IMG/VR virus record: IMGVR_UViG_3300021425_003554
Reading direction: 5' to 3' (one strand)
DNA length: 64,000 nt
Origin: a virus
Taxonomy: Duplodnaviria; Caudoviricetes
A program made the translations under genes and the position numbers. Positions 37,171-46,331 of the stretch are shown in pieces (position 1 is the stretch's first letter; each line of letters opens with the position of its first letter). The notes under the pieces were generated by a model. The model was not told the DNA's origin and did not search any database. It saw only the letters and a program-made list of their open reading frames with translations.

Positions 37171-37842
37171 ATGGACAGGATGCAGAGATTGGTGGCCTTT
37201 GGATGTAGCAACACCCTGGGCGAGGGACTGGAGGGCTTCCAGTGGCGACAGCCTCACCCACGGGCATGGCCGGCCGTGTTGGGTCAGCAACTGGACCGAC
37301 CGGTGTTGAACCTGGGCCACTCGGGCGCCAGCAACAGGTACATAATGGATCGTGTGTTGAACACACCGCTCACACGCACCGACACAGTGGTGATCATGTG
37401 GACCAGTTTCGCCAGGCACTGTTGGTTCGATGCGGGGGGACAGGTGCGGCGTGCATTGCCACACGACATAGGAAGGCCACACGAATGGCCACACGACGGA
37501 CCCGAGATCGATGGTCGGCTCAGCGAGCTCTATTACCAACACATATGGTCGGCGCACGATGCCTGGCACGCCAGCATGACACAGATCAACTGGACACAGG
37601 CCTACCTACAGCGGCTGGGCGTGAGATGCCTGCACCTGCTGTGGTGGGAGGGCGATCATCACCGGGACAGGCCCTCATGGAACCAGACCCTGATACACAA
37701 CCTGCCGTTCAGCCAGGAGGACCGTGCACCGGACGGCCACCATCCGGGCGTGAACTCACACCACACACAGGCCCTACGCATCCGGGAACTGCTGTTCCGC
37801 ACACACCCCAACCACCCGGCCACCCTGCGATCCCACAGTTGA
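37171..37842 (+). CDS. SGNH-hydrolase-like phage protein (paralog of 22160 ORF)
   Basis: GCSNTLG, NLGHSGASN, DGHHPG; TTAAATA 6 nt before ATG. Confidence 0.7.
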   Translation: MDRMQRLVAFGCSNTLGEGLEGFQWRQPHPRAWPAVLGQQLDRPVLNLGHSGASNRYIMDRVLNTPLTRTDTVVIMWTSFARHCWFDAGGQVRRALPHDIGRPHEWPHDGPEIDGRLSELYYQHIWSAHDAWHASMTQINWTQAYLQRLGVRCLHLLWWEGDHHRDRPSWNQTLIHNLPFSQEDRAPDGHHPGVNSHHTQALRIRELLFRTHPNHPATLRSHS

Positions 37843-38107
37843 TCTCTCCTTAGATGTGCCTCAATTACCAATAGATCGGGTTGATCTCTCCGTGTGCCCA
37901 CTCGGCACAACGAAGCTCACTGTGCGAACACTTGGTCAAAATGGTCCAAAATGGTACGCCAGGCCCGCCGCCAGCCCTGTGGTTATTGCATAGATTTTAC
38001 CAGATCAACTCGGTAATTGGATTGGCTATGTGGTTATCGCATGGCACTCGGACCGGTCGGGATCGCCCTTTACCACCACCAATCCGGCTGGGGATAAGTA
38101 CTCATAT

Positions 38108-38311
38108 ATGTTCAAGATGATAGTGGTGATATGTGCCCTGGGCAATCCCTGTGTGCAATTCGTGGAGAACCAACACCGGGTGTATGCCACACAAAACCAG
38201 TGCCTGGATCGTGCGGAGATCAAGTACCAACAGCTCACAGCAACACTGATCCAAGCGGGTTATCGACTGGCCGATTCCGGCTACTACTGTGTGAGGGACG
38301 ACAGCATATGA
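38108..38311 (+). CDS. Small Cys-containing, possibly secreted protein
   Basis: MFKMIVVICALGNPC..; GATAAGTA 7 nt before ATG. Confidence 0.55.
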   Translation: MFKMIVVICALGNPCVQFVENQHRVYATQNQCLDRAEIKYQQLTATLIQAGYRLADSGYYCVRDDSI

Positions 38312-38636
38312 TCTGGGATCTAGTGATAATAACGCTGTCAATGGTGGCCTATGCCTACATGGCCTGGTCACTGCATAAGTGAACCAACACACCCCCCACC
38401 GACCCCAAGGCATATTGTTCGCAGATCAGTACCGCTCCCTACCTTTGCACACGGTGGCCAATCGGTGGCCCTCACCCCGGCCAGATCAACCCCAACACGC
38501 CTTTAGGCGTTTGCGACCCAGATTTGCGTATCGAAGGTCACAATTCTTTTGGTAAGATCCTAAGGATGGGGCACTATGCTAAAATACGGCAACCGCTTTT
38601 AGCCACCATACGACACGATCCCGCATACATACTCGT

Positions 38637-38765
38637 ATGCCGTTTAGATACTATTGGGAATGGTTCCTGTTCTGGGTCACTGGCTATCCCTGTTGGGACT
38701 GTGTGAGGATACGCCTGATCATCCTGGTCCTGCTCGTCATCGTTGCCCATTTTTTGCTAGCCTAA
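38637..38765 (+). CDS. Small membrane protein with CxxC (not in ORF track)
   Basis: MPFRYYWEWFLFWVTGYPCWDCVRIRLIILVLLVIVAHFLLA. Confidence 0.5.
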   Translation: MPFRYYWEWFLFWVTGYPCWDCVRIRLIILVLLVIVAHFLLA

Positions 38766-39243
38766 ACAGCCTCCACCATAAACGACCCACGGTGCTCTAC
38801 CATTCCAATTGTGCTTCACACACTGAACTCGCAGGCGATCTAGCCAAGAGGAGTCAGGGTAGATCACAGTTGGGATTATCAGCAGGCACTCTAGGTTAGG
38901 ATAGGGCTCGGTGTCAAAAATTGCTGTCGCGATATGCCTGTAAGGCATATAATGGAAACAAGCATTTGGTAAAATTTTTGCGGCGCACCGCTTCGCGGAC
39001 AGGGCCTATGGCTTCCGGTTGGTAATACCATGTCTGTGTGCTCTGGGGGTGGCTAGGTTAGGGATTGGATGGACTATGGATTCACATACTGGCCACACTC
39101 AAAACCGTGATGGTCGTGAGGTAAGTGATCAGTAGGGTGTATATGGCTATCTTGAGCTTCAGCATCTGTTCCTTGTTGTTGGGATTGTTGAACCTAGACT
39201 ATATATCTGTGGTTGGTTTTTTTTGGGTGGATATGCGAGCCTA

Positions 39244-40134
39244 TTACTGTTGACCCGCATACTTGATTATGAACTTGAGAACTTCCTGTGTGAATACATC
39301 CTTGACTCCAGTGAAACCATGTGCGTCTGCCTGTACTCCGCAACCTCTGGGATCCTTGCCCGGTCCCTTCCAAGTTTCCTCACCGCCTGTTATCTTGACC
39401 AAATATGTGGGTCCGGCGTTCATGCCCTTGTCGGTGTATTTCTTGTATCTGTTCTTGGCCGCCCTGTAGGATGTGCTGGGACACTTGTCCTTCTCGTGGT
39501 GTATGATCAGGGCCGGTATGTTGAATTGCTGGACCTCCAGTCCTCGTTTGCCCGGATACGGAGCCGATTGATTGCCCCCGGACCATATGGCACCCGACAC
39601 CAGGGTTTGGTTCTCTTCCTGCATCAACAGATAGCCCGAGACTCCCTGGGCACCCGCCGAATGACCCATGATGAACACGGGTTTTCCAAATTGCTCGTGA
39701 GCCCACAGCACCACTGACTTGACTCTGGCCACATAGTCCTCGGACCATCTGCCCGGACCACCCCAATCACCGTTGGGCATCTTCTTGTCGTTCCTGATCT
39801 CATAGCCCACGTCAACACCCACGGTGGTAATGATGTTGGAAAGGTGTTCTATGGGACCAAAGTTCAGTGAGTTGACACGACCCCTGCCACCCTGCAACCA
39901 AACGATCACGGCCGGCGAGTCCTCAACGGCACTCACCACCATTTTGGTGAAGAGACCGGTCTGTCCCTTGTCTTTACAGTCCTCGGACACACACTCCACG
40001 AATCTGATGGAATCACCCGCCAAACCATGATGTGCCTTGGCCGGCAACGAAACCACGCCCAATAGCATCAACACCGCTATGGCACCACCCACGGTGCCCA
40101 CGGTCAATTTGACAAAATCAATGATGTTCCTCAT
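39244..40134 (-). CDS. Exported alpha/beta-hydrolase-like protein
   Basis: N-terminal hydrophobic segment, GHSAG nucleophile elbow, IIHHEKD, distal HGF. Confidence 0.7.
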   Translation of the reverse strand: MRNIIDFVKLTVGTVGGAIAVLMLLGVVSLPAKAHHGLAGDSIRFVECVSEDCKDKGQTGLFTKMVVSAVEDSPAVIVWLQGGRGRVNSLNFGPIEHLSNIITTVGVDVGYEIRNDKKMPNGDWGGPGRWSEDYVARVKSVVLWAHEQFGKPVFIMGHSAGAQGVSGYLLMQEENQTLVSGAIWSGGNQSAPYPGKRGLEVQQFNIPALIIHHEKDKCPSTSYRAAKNRYKKYTDKGMNAGPTYLVKITGGEETWKGPGKDPRGCGVQADAHGFTGVKDVFTQEVLKFIIKYAGQQ

Positions 40135-40358
40135 TGGGCCATCTCCCTCTCTGGATCGTATTCCGATATCTCGTAATTGTGGATCTCCAGAACCCGCTTC
40201 ATGTTCTCAACGGCCTCCAACCTATTGGTCCTTGTTGGAAAACCCGTGTCCGACAGGTCCAACTTGATCTTGTCAAACAGGTCCATCAACTTCGCCACTT
40301 CCTTGTCCGTCAGGTAGTCCTTGATATTGTATCTCATTTTATCTCCGATCTTTGACAT
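40131..40358 (-). CDS. Early hypothetical protein
   Basis: Coupled ORF starting MSKIGDKMR. Confidence 0.65.
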   Translation of the reverse strand: MSKIGDKMRYNIKDYLTDKEVAKLMDLFDKIKLDLSDTGFPTRTNRLEAVENMKRVLEIHNYEISEYDPEREMAQ

Positions 40359-40650
40359 TAGGCAACCGCCTTTCTAATACCATAACCCTCTGGTGGGTGG
40401 CAACCATCTACTGGATAAAACTTGTAAAAATATTCTGCCGGATCCAATCCTAACTCATAGGCATCCTTGACTAATTCTCGGATTCGTTCTCTGTGAGCGG
40501 TACCACTCTTCCATACACCTTGATCATCACTCATCTCATAGGTCCAATCGTGCTTCTTCAATTCGTGTGTGATCAACTCACCTAGAAAATGTCCTTTTAG
40601 TTCTGTTCTCATTTTATCTTCGATCTTTGACATTAGGCAACCGCCTTTCT
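40332..40650. repeat. 44-bp direct repeat spanning two gene junctions
   Basis: 40332-40375 and 40607-40650, one mismatch. Confidence 0.9.
40358..40633 (-). CDS. Early hypothetical protein
   Basis: Starts MSKIEDKMR, ends RKAVA. Confidence 0.65.
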   Translation of the reverse strand: MSKIEDKMRTELKGHFLGELITHELKKHDWTYEMSDDQGVWKSGTAHRERIRELVKDAYELGLDPAEYFYKFYPVDGCHPPEGYGIRKAVA

Positions 40651-40935
40651 TGTCACATTGTCCAACAGGATGTTCATCTGTTCTTCCACCGCGATCGCTT
40701 TTTTGAATAATTTTTTGGCATCACCGTCTCTCTTGAAACCGTACTCACTGGCGAAATCCATGGATGAAGAAGCCATCAAAGTGTCCTCAACACCGATCTC
40801 TGCCAGCATTCTGCCCAGTATGTTTGGATCCTCAGAAGCAACTTCTTTTCTCACACCCAATTCTGTGTAAGTGAAAACCAGTTTACCGTCTTCTGCGGAT
40901 ACGAAATTTATTTTTGTATTTTTTAATTGTGCCAT
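40633..40935 (-). CDS. Early hypothetical protein
   Basis: AGGAGGTGT RBS, promoter upstream; ends RKAVA. Confidence 0.7.
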   Translation of the reverse strand: MAQLKNTKINFVSAEDGKLVFTYTELGVRKEVASEDPNILGRMLAEIGVEDTLMASSSMDFASEYGFKRDGDAKKLFKKAIAVEEQMNILLDNVTRKAVA

Positions 40936-40954
40936 TAACACCTCCTATATAATC

Positions 40955-40984
40955 ATAATAACACGAAACACTATACGGTCAACC
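40955..40984 (-). promoter_or_regulatory. Early promoter
   Basis: GGTTGAC-N17-TATTAT with TGn. Confidence 0.75.
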
Positions 40985-41029
40985 ACCCAAAAAGTCGCAT
41001 AAAATGGAACTTTTTTACACCTTTTATGT

Positions 41030-41088
41030 GGGTAGACTCCAAAGAATCTACCCCATCTTCACTTACAGGGAGGTGTAAGATAGTGAAG
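41030..41088 (-). ncRNA. Two-hairpin element with CCUCCC anti-SD loop
   Basis: CTTCA..CTTACA-CCTCCC-TGTAAG-TGAAG followed by GGGTAGATT-CTTTGG-AGTCTACCC. Confidence 0.45.
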
Positions 41089-41090
41089 CC

Positions 41091-41165
41091 TTAAAACCTG
41101 TTTGTCCAATATGGACCTAGCAACAAGATCAATACCAAGATCACTGCGAATACCGGATCCATCAT
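41091..41165 (-). CDS. Small membrane peptide (24 aa, not in track)
   Basis: MMDPVFAVILVLILLLGPYWTNRF; ATGA coupling. Confidence 0.45.
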   Translation of the reverse strand: MMDPVFAVILVLILLLGPYWTNRF

Positions 41166-41263
41166 ACCGTGTTGGCCATCCAATACAATAACCAGACTGC
41201 CATGGGCAATAAATGGTAAAGTACAAAAACTGACAGAGCAATTATCACGGACGCCTTGATCAT
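41162..41263 (-). CDS. Small membrane peptide (33 aa, not in track)
   Basis: MIKASVIIALSVFVLYHLLPMAVWLLYWMANTV; coupled on both sides. Confidence 0.5.
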   Translation of the reverse strand: MIKASVIIALSVFVLYHLLPMAVWLLYWMANTV

Positions 41264-41442
41264 CAAACCACTTTCAGTTGAACATCACTTAGGTACAACT
41301 CCTCTTTCTGTGCCATCACTTTTGGATAACACTTCTTACAGAATTGAACCGGTATGATGCCCAACATTCCCACCAATGTGTCGTTGTCCTTGTGTTGGAA
41401 GGACACGGAACACACGGTGCATCTATGTTTCTTATTTCTCAT
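41263..41442 (-). CDS. Zinc-ribbon protein
   Basis: CTVC..CKKC; start refined to coupled ATG. Confidence 0.6.
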   Translation of the reverse strand: MRNKKHRCTVCSVSFQHKDNDTLVGMLGIIPVQFCKKCYPKVMAQKEELYLSDVQLKVV

Positions 41443-42494
41443 CAAGACCCCGCTCTCATACAGGTCTGCTCGGCCAACTGCTGGTACCTGTCCGGAGCCA
41501 TCTTCCAAAGATCTGCTATCTTCAATACCATCCTCAAAGATATCTCTCTCAGTCTTGTACGATTATCAAATATGAAATTGACCAATTGATCCTCGACCTC
41601 TTGTGACATCGAGTATTTGGATAATAGACCTTCACGACATATCTGTTTGATACGAAGCATTCTATCTCTCATGGAATCAATTGTGAGATCCAGGTAGTGA
41701 CATCTTGATTGTAATGCCTCTAGATGGTCTCTCAACTTCTTGGATTTGACATTATCAAATTTGACGTTAGTGATGAATATGATACCAGCATTGAAGTCAA
41801 ATGAGTTTGGAACTCCCTCGGCGTGTAGGAATCTCGATTCCGTGCCCCATTGTAGAGTTCTCTTCCTACCTGTGTCCAGTGCGGCCTTCAATAGGTTAAG
41901 TGCTAGGTCATCGTAAAGGATAACGTCACAGTCATCAAAACATACCACATGACCTGGATCCGCGTGTTCGTATAACTTCTTATACAGACCTATGGCACTC
42001 ATGGCACCTTTCACAACTTCAAACTTTCTTCGGTTTCCTGCTATGTCATCAAATGTGGAATACTTCATCAAAGAAGTTTCAACACCGTAAGACTTACCAA
42101 TGCCCGGAGGTCCCGAAACGATCATACCTTTGATCTGTTTCTGTGCTATGGCCTCGGTCATCTCATTCAAGATGGCAAAACGATCTCCAATTCTTTTGAT
42201 CGCTTGTTCATCACTTTCTGATTGAGGCTTTGGATCTGTCTGAGCCGAATCATTCAGTTCTTCTTTGAACTTCACATACTCGCCCTCCGGCACTATCTTG
42301 ATAGATTGGATGTTGGGTACATTTACTCTGACCTTGTCCAGACCTTCGTAGCCGTTCAGTTCCGTTGTGGTCACTGTGACGAAGCCACCCTCTCGGTTGC
42401 TGTGTTTTTGATAGTCCTTGAACAACGGAAACACTCTACCTGATTGGTCTATGTTTCTGTAGGACCCTTCTTCTATTTTAATGTATTTCTTCAA
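41442..42494 (-). CDS. AAA+ P-loop ATPase
   Basis: GPPGIGKS Walker A, VCFDDCD Walker B, FITN sensor 1, ALQSR Arg finger. Confidence 0.85.
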   Translation of the reverse strand: MKKYIKIEEGSYRNIDQSGRVFPLFKDYQKHSNREGGFVTVTTTELNGYEGLDKVRVNVPNIQSIKIVPEGEYVKFKEELNDSAQTDPKPQSESDEQAIKRIGDRFAILNEMTEAIAQKQIKGMIVSGPPGIGKSYGVETSLMKYSTFDDIAGNRRKFEVVKGAMSAIGLYKKLYEHADPGHVVCFDDCDVILYDDLALNLLKAALDTGRKRTLQWGTESRFLHAEGVPNSFDFNAGIIFITNVKFDNVKSKKLRDHLEALQSRCHYLDLTIDSMRDRMLRIKQICREGLLSKYSMSQEVEDQLVNFIFDNRTRLREISLRMVLKIADLWKMAPDRYQQLAEQTCMRAGS

Positions 42495-42513
42495 ATTAAC
42501 CTCCCGTTTTGAT

Positions 42514-42669
42514 TTAAAGATATGTTATGTTTTTAATTGATACTCTCATTCCAGGATATCTTGCCTCACACAATGATTGAGCCATGGTCGATGATATGGC
42601 CTCGATCGTGTCAAACAACATACCTTTGGGTGAATTTATTATAAATTCTACTCTAACTTTGTTTTGCAT
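42514..42669 (-). CDS. Small hypothetical protein (51 aa, not in track)
   Basis: GGGAGG RBS, promoter upstream. Confidence 0.55.
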   Translation of the reverse strand: MQNKVRVEFIINSPKGMLFDTIEAISSTMAQSLCEARYPGMRVSIKNITYL

Positions 42670-42704
42670 TTTACCTCCCAATAAAAGTTTTTTTTAACTT
42701 CTTA

Positions 42705-42734
42705 ATTATAACACAGGTCTGTCTAGAGTCAACC
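42705..42734 (-). promoter_or_regulatory. Early promoter
   Basis: GGTTGAC-N17-TATAAT with TGn. Confidence 0.8.
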
Positions 42735-42743
42735 TGATGGTAA

Positions 42744-43289
42744 TTATTCATTTTCAATAGGTTTCCAATCTTCCACATAAACTTTACCATACTCTTTCTT
42801 ATCAACGATGTCATACCGTACTTCTCCGTCAATGATCAACTGCTCATCCTCTATCTGCCAGGTGTCCTGGTAATCATAGACCCAACCCATGCCCGATCTA
42901 CCTTCATCGTCGTTTGGATCTCCGTTGTACCATTTGTTTGAAAAATCATCCATGTCTTCATCGGTCCAATCACCATCAAAGTCAAAGTCCACGGCACAGA
43001 GATCATCTAGATCTGCTCCATGACCCACAGTTGGATCACAATAGGTCTGACCGTTCTGTGGCAGTATCAAATTGGGCCAATCTAGGTTGTCCCCATCCAT
43101 ATAACCATAACCCCAACGATAGGTTTCTCTCACTTCCACAAATCTATGTCCTGGTTCATTCACTGGTACATTGTAGAGTTGGATCATCTGTGTGATACTT
43201 TTCTTGTTCTTGGGTGTGAGCCTCACAAACACATCTTCCTTGGTGAAACCGTGTTTGAGATAATTAAATGTCTTCTGTTTGTCGTCCAT
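42744..43289 (-). CDS. Acidic hypothetical protein
   Basis: Coupled ORF, 181 aa. Confidence 0.7.
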   Translation of the reverse strand: MDDKQKTFNYLKHGFTKEDVFVRLTPKNKKSITQMIQLYNVPVNEPGHRFVEVRETYRWGYGYMDGDNLDWPNLILPQNGQTYCDPTVGHGADLDDLCAVDFDFDGDWTDEDMDDFSNKWYNGDPNDDEGRSGMGWVYDYQDTWQIEDEQLIIDGEVRYDIVDKKEYGKVYVEDWKPIENE

Positions 43290-43495
43290 TATTTCACACT
43301 TCGTTTTAGGTCATCTCGATTGTTCACAAAAACTCTTACCAACCTAGAAACATCTACTGTTTCTTCTTTGAGTGTTTTTGGATTAGTGAAGATCACTCTG
43401 CTTGAATTTACTTTTAAAATTTTGTCACCTGTGTCGTCTACTACAACGGCATCGTCGGTGTTCTTTCTCCAATCGTGTGATGAATATGCTGTCAT
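43289..43495 (-). CDS. Hypothetical protein
   Basis: Coupled ORF. Confidence 0.6.
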   Translation of the reverse strand: MTAYSSHDWRKNTDDAVVVDDTGDKILKVNSSRVIFTNPKTLKEETVDVSRLVRVFVNNRDDLKRSVK

Positions 43496-43872
43496 TTATT
43501 TCCTTTCATGAGTGAGATTTCTGTGGCCGCTTTTCTGCCCGACACATCATCATCGTCGGCAAATACCGGAACCTGGTTGCTCTTGTGCATGGTCGCGATA
43601 CCCACTAATTTTCTTTTACCGGAATAGGTCATGGGTTGTCTTTTACTGCCCACACCCGGAGTCATGACCGGGATCTTGTCACCGCAAGGTACTCCTTGTC
43701 TGTCCTCCAACCTTTCAGGTTCATAGTCGCCCGACGTGTCCTTGGGTTTAAGGTCATGGAGATTGTTCTTCTCTAACCATGCCCTGTGTTTGGCTCTTGC
43801 TTCTCTCAATCTTTTCGTGTTGCTCAATTTGATCCTAATCCTTTTCCGTTGTGGTATCTGAATGAATCCCAT
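43492..43872 (-). CDS. Basic hypothetical phage protein
   Basis: GIATMHKSNQVPVF C-terminal motif; coupled. Confidence 0.7.
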   Translation of the reverse strand: MGFIQIPQRKRIRIKLSNTKRLREARAKHRAWLEKNNLHDLKPKDTSGDYEPERLEDRQGVPCGDKIPVMTPGVGSKRQPMTYSGKRKLVGIATMHKSNQVPVFADDDDVSGRKAATEISLMKGNK

Positions 43873-43882
43873 GACAAATAGA

Positions 43883-44122
43883 TTATTTCTCCTGTTCCGC
43901 GATTGCTTCTTTTAGTAGGTTGTTCATAAATGTCTTTATATTATATTCTAGATCTATATTTGAGTCAACCATACCCATCAAAGGTCTCATCTCACCTTCC
44001 GTCCATATGACCCTTTTCTGTAGGTCTTTCACGGCCACGGCCAGGTAAATCAACAAACCTAATATGGCGAGATTAATCGCCATATTAACCAATCCAGAAT
44101 TTTCAGATATCTTATTCTTCAT
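43883..44122 (-). CDS. Membrane-anchored hypothetical protein
   Basis: One TM helix. Confidence 0.6.
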   Translation of the reverse strand: MKNKISENSGLVNMAINLAILGLLIYLAVAVKDLQKRVIWTEGEMRPLMGMVDSNIDLEYNIKTFMNNLLKEAIAEQEK

Positions 44123-44390
44123 TGTTCTTTTTTCCTGTTGTTAGGTTACCAAAAAATTTCTTGATCGTGGCAATATTTTTTGCTGTCTGCTCCTTGCCCG
44201 ATTCCCAACTTGTTTTTTGGTATTCTTTGATGTCTGTCCATTCGTTTTTGATATGTTCAGATATCTTGCCCGGTACAGCCACTACCGTGTCCGCAAATTC
44301 TTTTGTGGTCACTGTCTTGGTCTGTTCTGCCATTGCCTGTCCAGATAATGTAATCATACATATCAAAACAAGTGTCTTTATCTTTGCCAT
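44112..44390 (-). CDS. Secreted hypothetical protein
   Basis: Signal peptide ending AMA. Confidence 0.6.
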   Translation of the reverse strand: MAKIKTLVLICMITLSGQAMAEQTKTVTTKEFADTVVAVPGKISEHIKNEWTDIKEYQKTSWESGKEQTAKNIATIKKFFGNLTTGKKNNEE

Positions 44391-44391
44391 A

Positions 44392-44589
44392 TTATCCTCC
44401 TATTTGGTTTTTATAAAGTTCAAGTTCATTTGGTCTATACACCAGTTCATCGTCCGGAGACTCATATTCAGAGTACAAGTCTTTGATAACGATCTCATTG
44501 GTGTCATAATGAATTCTCAAGATTTCTCCAATTATATCTTGTTCAATATGTTTGACCATGTCTCCGATTTCAAATTTTCTGTCCGACAT
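44392..44589 (-). CDS. SH3/KOW-like small protein
   Basis: FEIGDMVKH..IGEI. Confidence 0.6.
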   Translation of the reverse strand: MSDRKFEIGDMVKHIEQDIIGEILRIHYDTNEIVIKDLYSEYESPDDELVYRPNELELYKNQIGG

Positions 44590-45017
44590 TAAAATGGTAC
44601 CTCCATGTTATCTTTTTTGTCTTCGGTAGATGCCTTGTTCTCATCGACCTGCCATTCGAACTCACTCTCGGTCCAATTGGGATCATCAAAATAGATGCCG
44701 TCGGAGTCTTCGTATGGAACACACTCTGCGACTTTTTTCACCAATGGACCTCTATACTTTTTATAGTCCTGATCATCCTGATCCGACCAATCCCAATCTG
44801 TGGCATACACTTCCACGGGCTCGTCTTTGTGATAACCGTCTTTCCATTCGATCTTTTCAATACCACCTTGATCAAATACCACATCTTGAGCCTCATCCTT
44901 GTTGTCGGCCACCACATCATATTCCACCCAGACCGAGTAGTGTTTTCTCACTCTGAATTTCTGTTTGCCGATGTCCTTGTGTGGATTATCTTTTGAATAT
45001 ACTTGTCTCTCTGACAT
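44589..45017 (-). CDS. Acidic hypothetical protein
   Basis: GGAGG RBS, coupled. Confidence 0.65.
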   Translation of the reverse strand: MSERQVYSKDNPHKDIGKQKFRVRKHYSVWVEYDVVADNKDEAQDVVFDQGGIEKIEWKDGYHKDEPVEVYATDWDWSDQDDQDYKKYRGPLVKKVAECVPYEDSDGIYFDDPNWTESEFEWQVDENKASTEDKKDNMEVPF

Positions 45018-45018
45018 A

Positions 45019-45276
45019 TTATTTTCCTCCCTTTTTCAATTTATTGATAATATCCTTCTGTTCCATATCATAACTCATTGAATACCAGTGCCATAACATA
45101 CCGATTGGAACCAGCAATCCAACGAGTGGTAAGAACAAATCTCTCACATCAAAGTAGATCAAGACCTTGATCAACAGTATCATTGCCAACACCAGTCCTG
45201 CTCCCTTCAATAACCATTTAAAATTTTTCTTACCGTCTTTGTAGATTTCTCGAACTATCCAATTTAATCTATTCAT
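45019..45276 (-). CDS. Two-TM membrane protein
   Basis: Two hydrophobic segments. Confidence 0.6.
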   Translation of the reverse strand: MNRLNWIVREIYKDGKKNFKWLLKGAGLVLAMILLIKVLIYFDVRDLFLPLVGLLVPIGMLWHWYSMSYDMEQKDIINKLKKGGK

Positions 45277-45277
45277 A

Positions 45278-45640
45278 TTATCTGCCCTCTATCGCATCGT
45301 TTTCCAGGTCCATCAATATTTCTGCTTCTGCCTCTTCCTGTTCTGTCAATTTGATTTCTTCTTCCTCGTCCTGGTCCTCGTCCTCGTGTATGAACACAGG
45401 AGCCTCTCTGTCTGCTGGAACGAAATCAAAACAGAATTCGTCGCCTAGGGCATACATATTCACGCCACCTGCTGGGTTGATATTGTCCTTGTAAAAAGTT
45501 CTGATAACTCTGTGGAAATGATCAAACTTTTCCGGTTGTACCAATGTCACATATAAAGTTCCATGAACCATTTCGTGTCTTTCTGTTAGACCTGTTAATC
45601 TTGTAAAGTCTAAAATTCTTTTTTCTATTGAGTTTAACAT
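45278..45640 (-). CDS. Early hypothetical protein with acidic tail
   Basis: AGGAGGTGT RBS after promoter cassette. Confidence 0.7.
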   Translation of the reverse strand: MLNSIEKRILDFTRLTGLTERHEMVHGTLYVTLVQPEKFDHFHRVIRTFYKDNINPAGGVNMYALGDEFCFDFVPADREAPVFIHEDEDQDEEEEIKLTEQEEAEAEILMDLENDAIEGR

Positions 45641-45675
45641 TTTAACACCTCCTATATTAATTAAATGTATAATTC

Positions 45676-45705
45676 AGTATAGCATGGAACGAATATGCGT
45701 CAACC
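45676..45705 (-). promoter_or_regulatory. Early promoter
   Basis: GGTTGAC-N17-TATACT with TGn. Confidence 0.8.
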
Positions 45706-45771
45706 ACCTAAAAGTTTCCATTTTATGCGACTTTTTAGTCAGATCAACTATTTTTTTCACAATATCTTGTG

Positions 45772-45993
45772 TCATTTTCTTTTTTTGGTATATTTTTCAG
45801 GATTGGTGTAGGGTTCTATCATTTTATCAAACTGATCTTTGGTAATCATCTCCAACTCCACTGCGTCGGCTCCATCCTTGTAGAGTTGTTTCACATCATC
45901 CATTACCATCTTATATGGAAAATATCCCCAATGACGGATATCAATTTTCTTGCCTTTGGTTATCTTGACCTTGTAGAAACAATCATCCTTCAT
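45772..45993 (-). CDS. Hypothetical protein
   Basis: Coupled ORF. Confidence 0.6.
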   Translation of the reverse strand: MKDDCFYKVKITKGKKIDIRHWGYFPYKMVMDDVKQLYKDGADAVELEMITKDQFDKMIEPYTNPEKYTKKRK

Positions 45994-46331
45994 CGGTCTG
46001 TTTTCTTTTCAGAGAAATCATACAACGGAATCCACTTCTTACACACGGTCTCAACCCCGCCATCCAGTAGTCGTTTCAATTTACAGTCATAACCGGTTAT
46101 GGAAGACAGGAACATATCATCTGTGGTTTTTTTATCCTTTGATGCCAAACCTATATCAACGGCACTCTTCACATAGGATACAGATTTATAAGATTCATAC
46201 CCCGCCGTTCCCGAGCCTATGAACCCGCCAATGGATCCACAGGCCGTCATGAAAGATAATGAGATTATTAATGAGATCCTAGTAATATTTCTCATAATAT
46301 TCTGTATCGATCGCCTCACCGTTCTCGTCAT
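45990..46331 (-). CDS. Putative lipoprotein
   Basis: Lipobox-like MTAC after hydrophobic stretch. Confidence 0.55.
   Translation of the reverse strand: MTRTVRRSIQNIMRNITRISLIISLSFMTACGSIGGFIGSGTAGYESYKSVSYVKSAVDIGLASKDKKTTDDMFLSSITGYDCKLKRLLDGGVETVCKKWIPLYDFSEKKTDR

Noticed and set aside
34086-39818. Many overlapping alternative-frame ORFs in the GC-rich segment (e.g. 35001, 37084, 37242, 39223, 39380)
   Set aside because: Shadow ORFs expected from low stop frequency; they overlap better-supported genes and lack motifs or start signals
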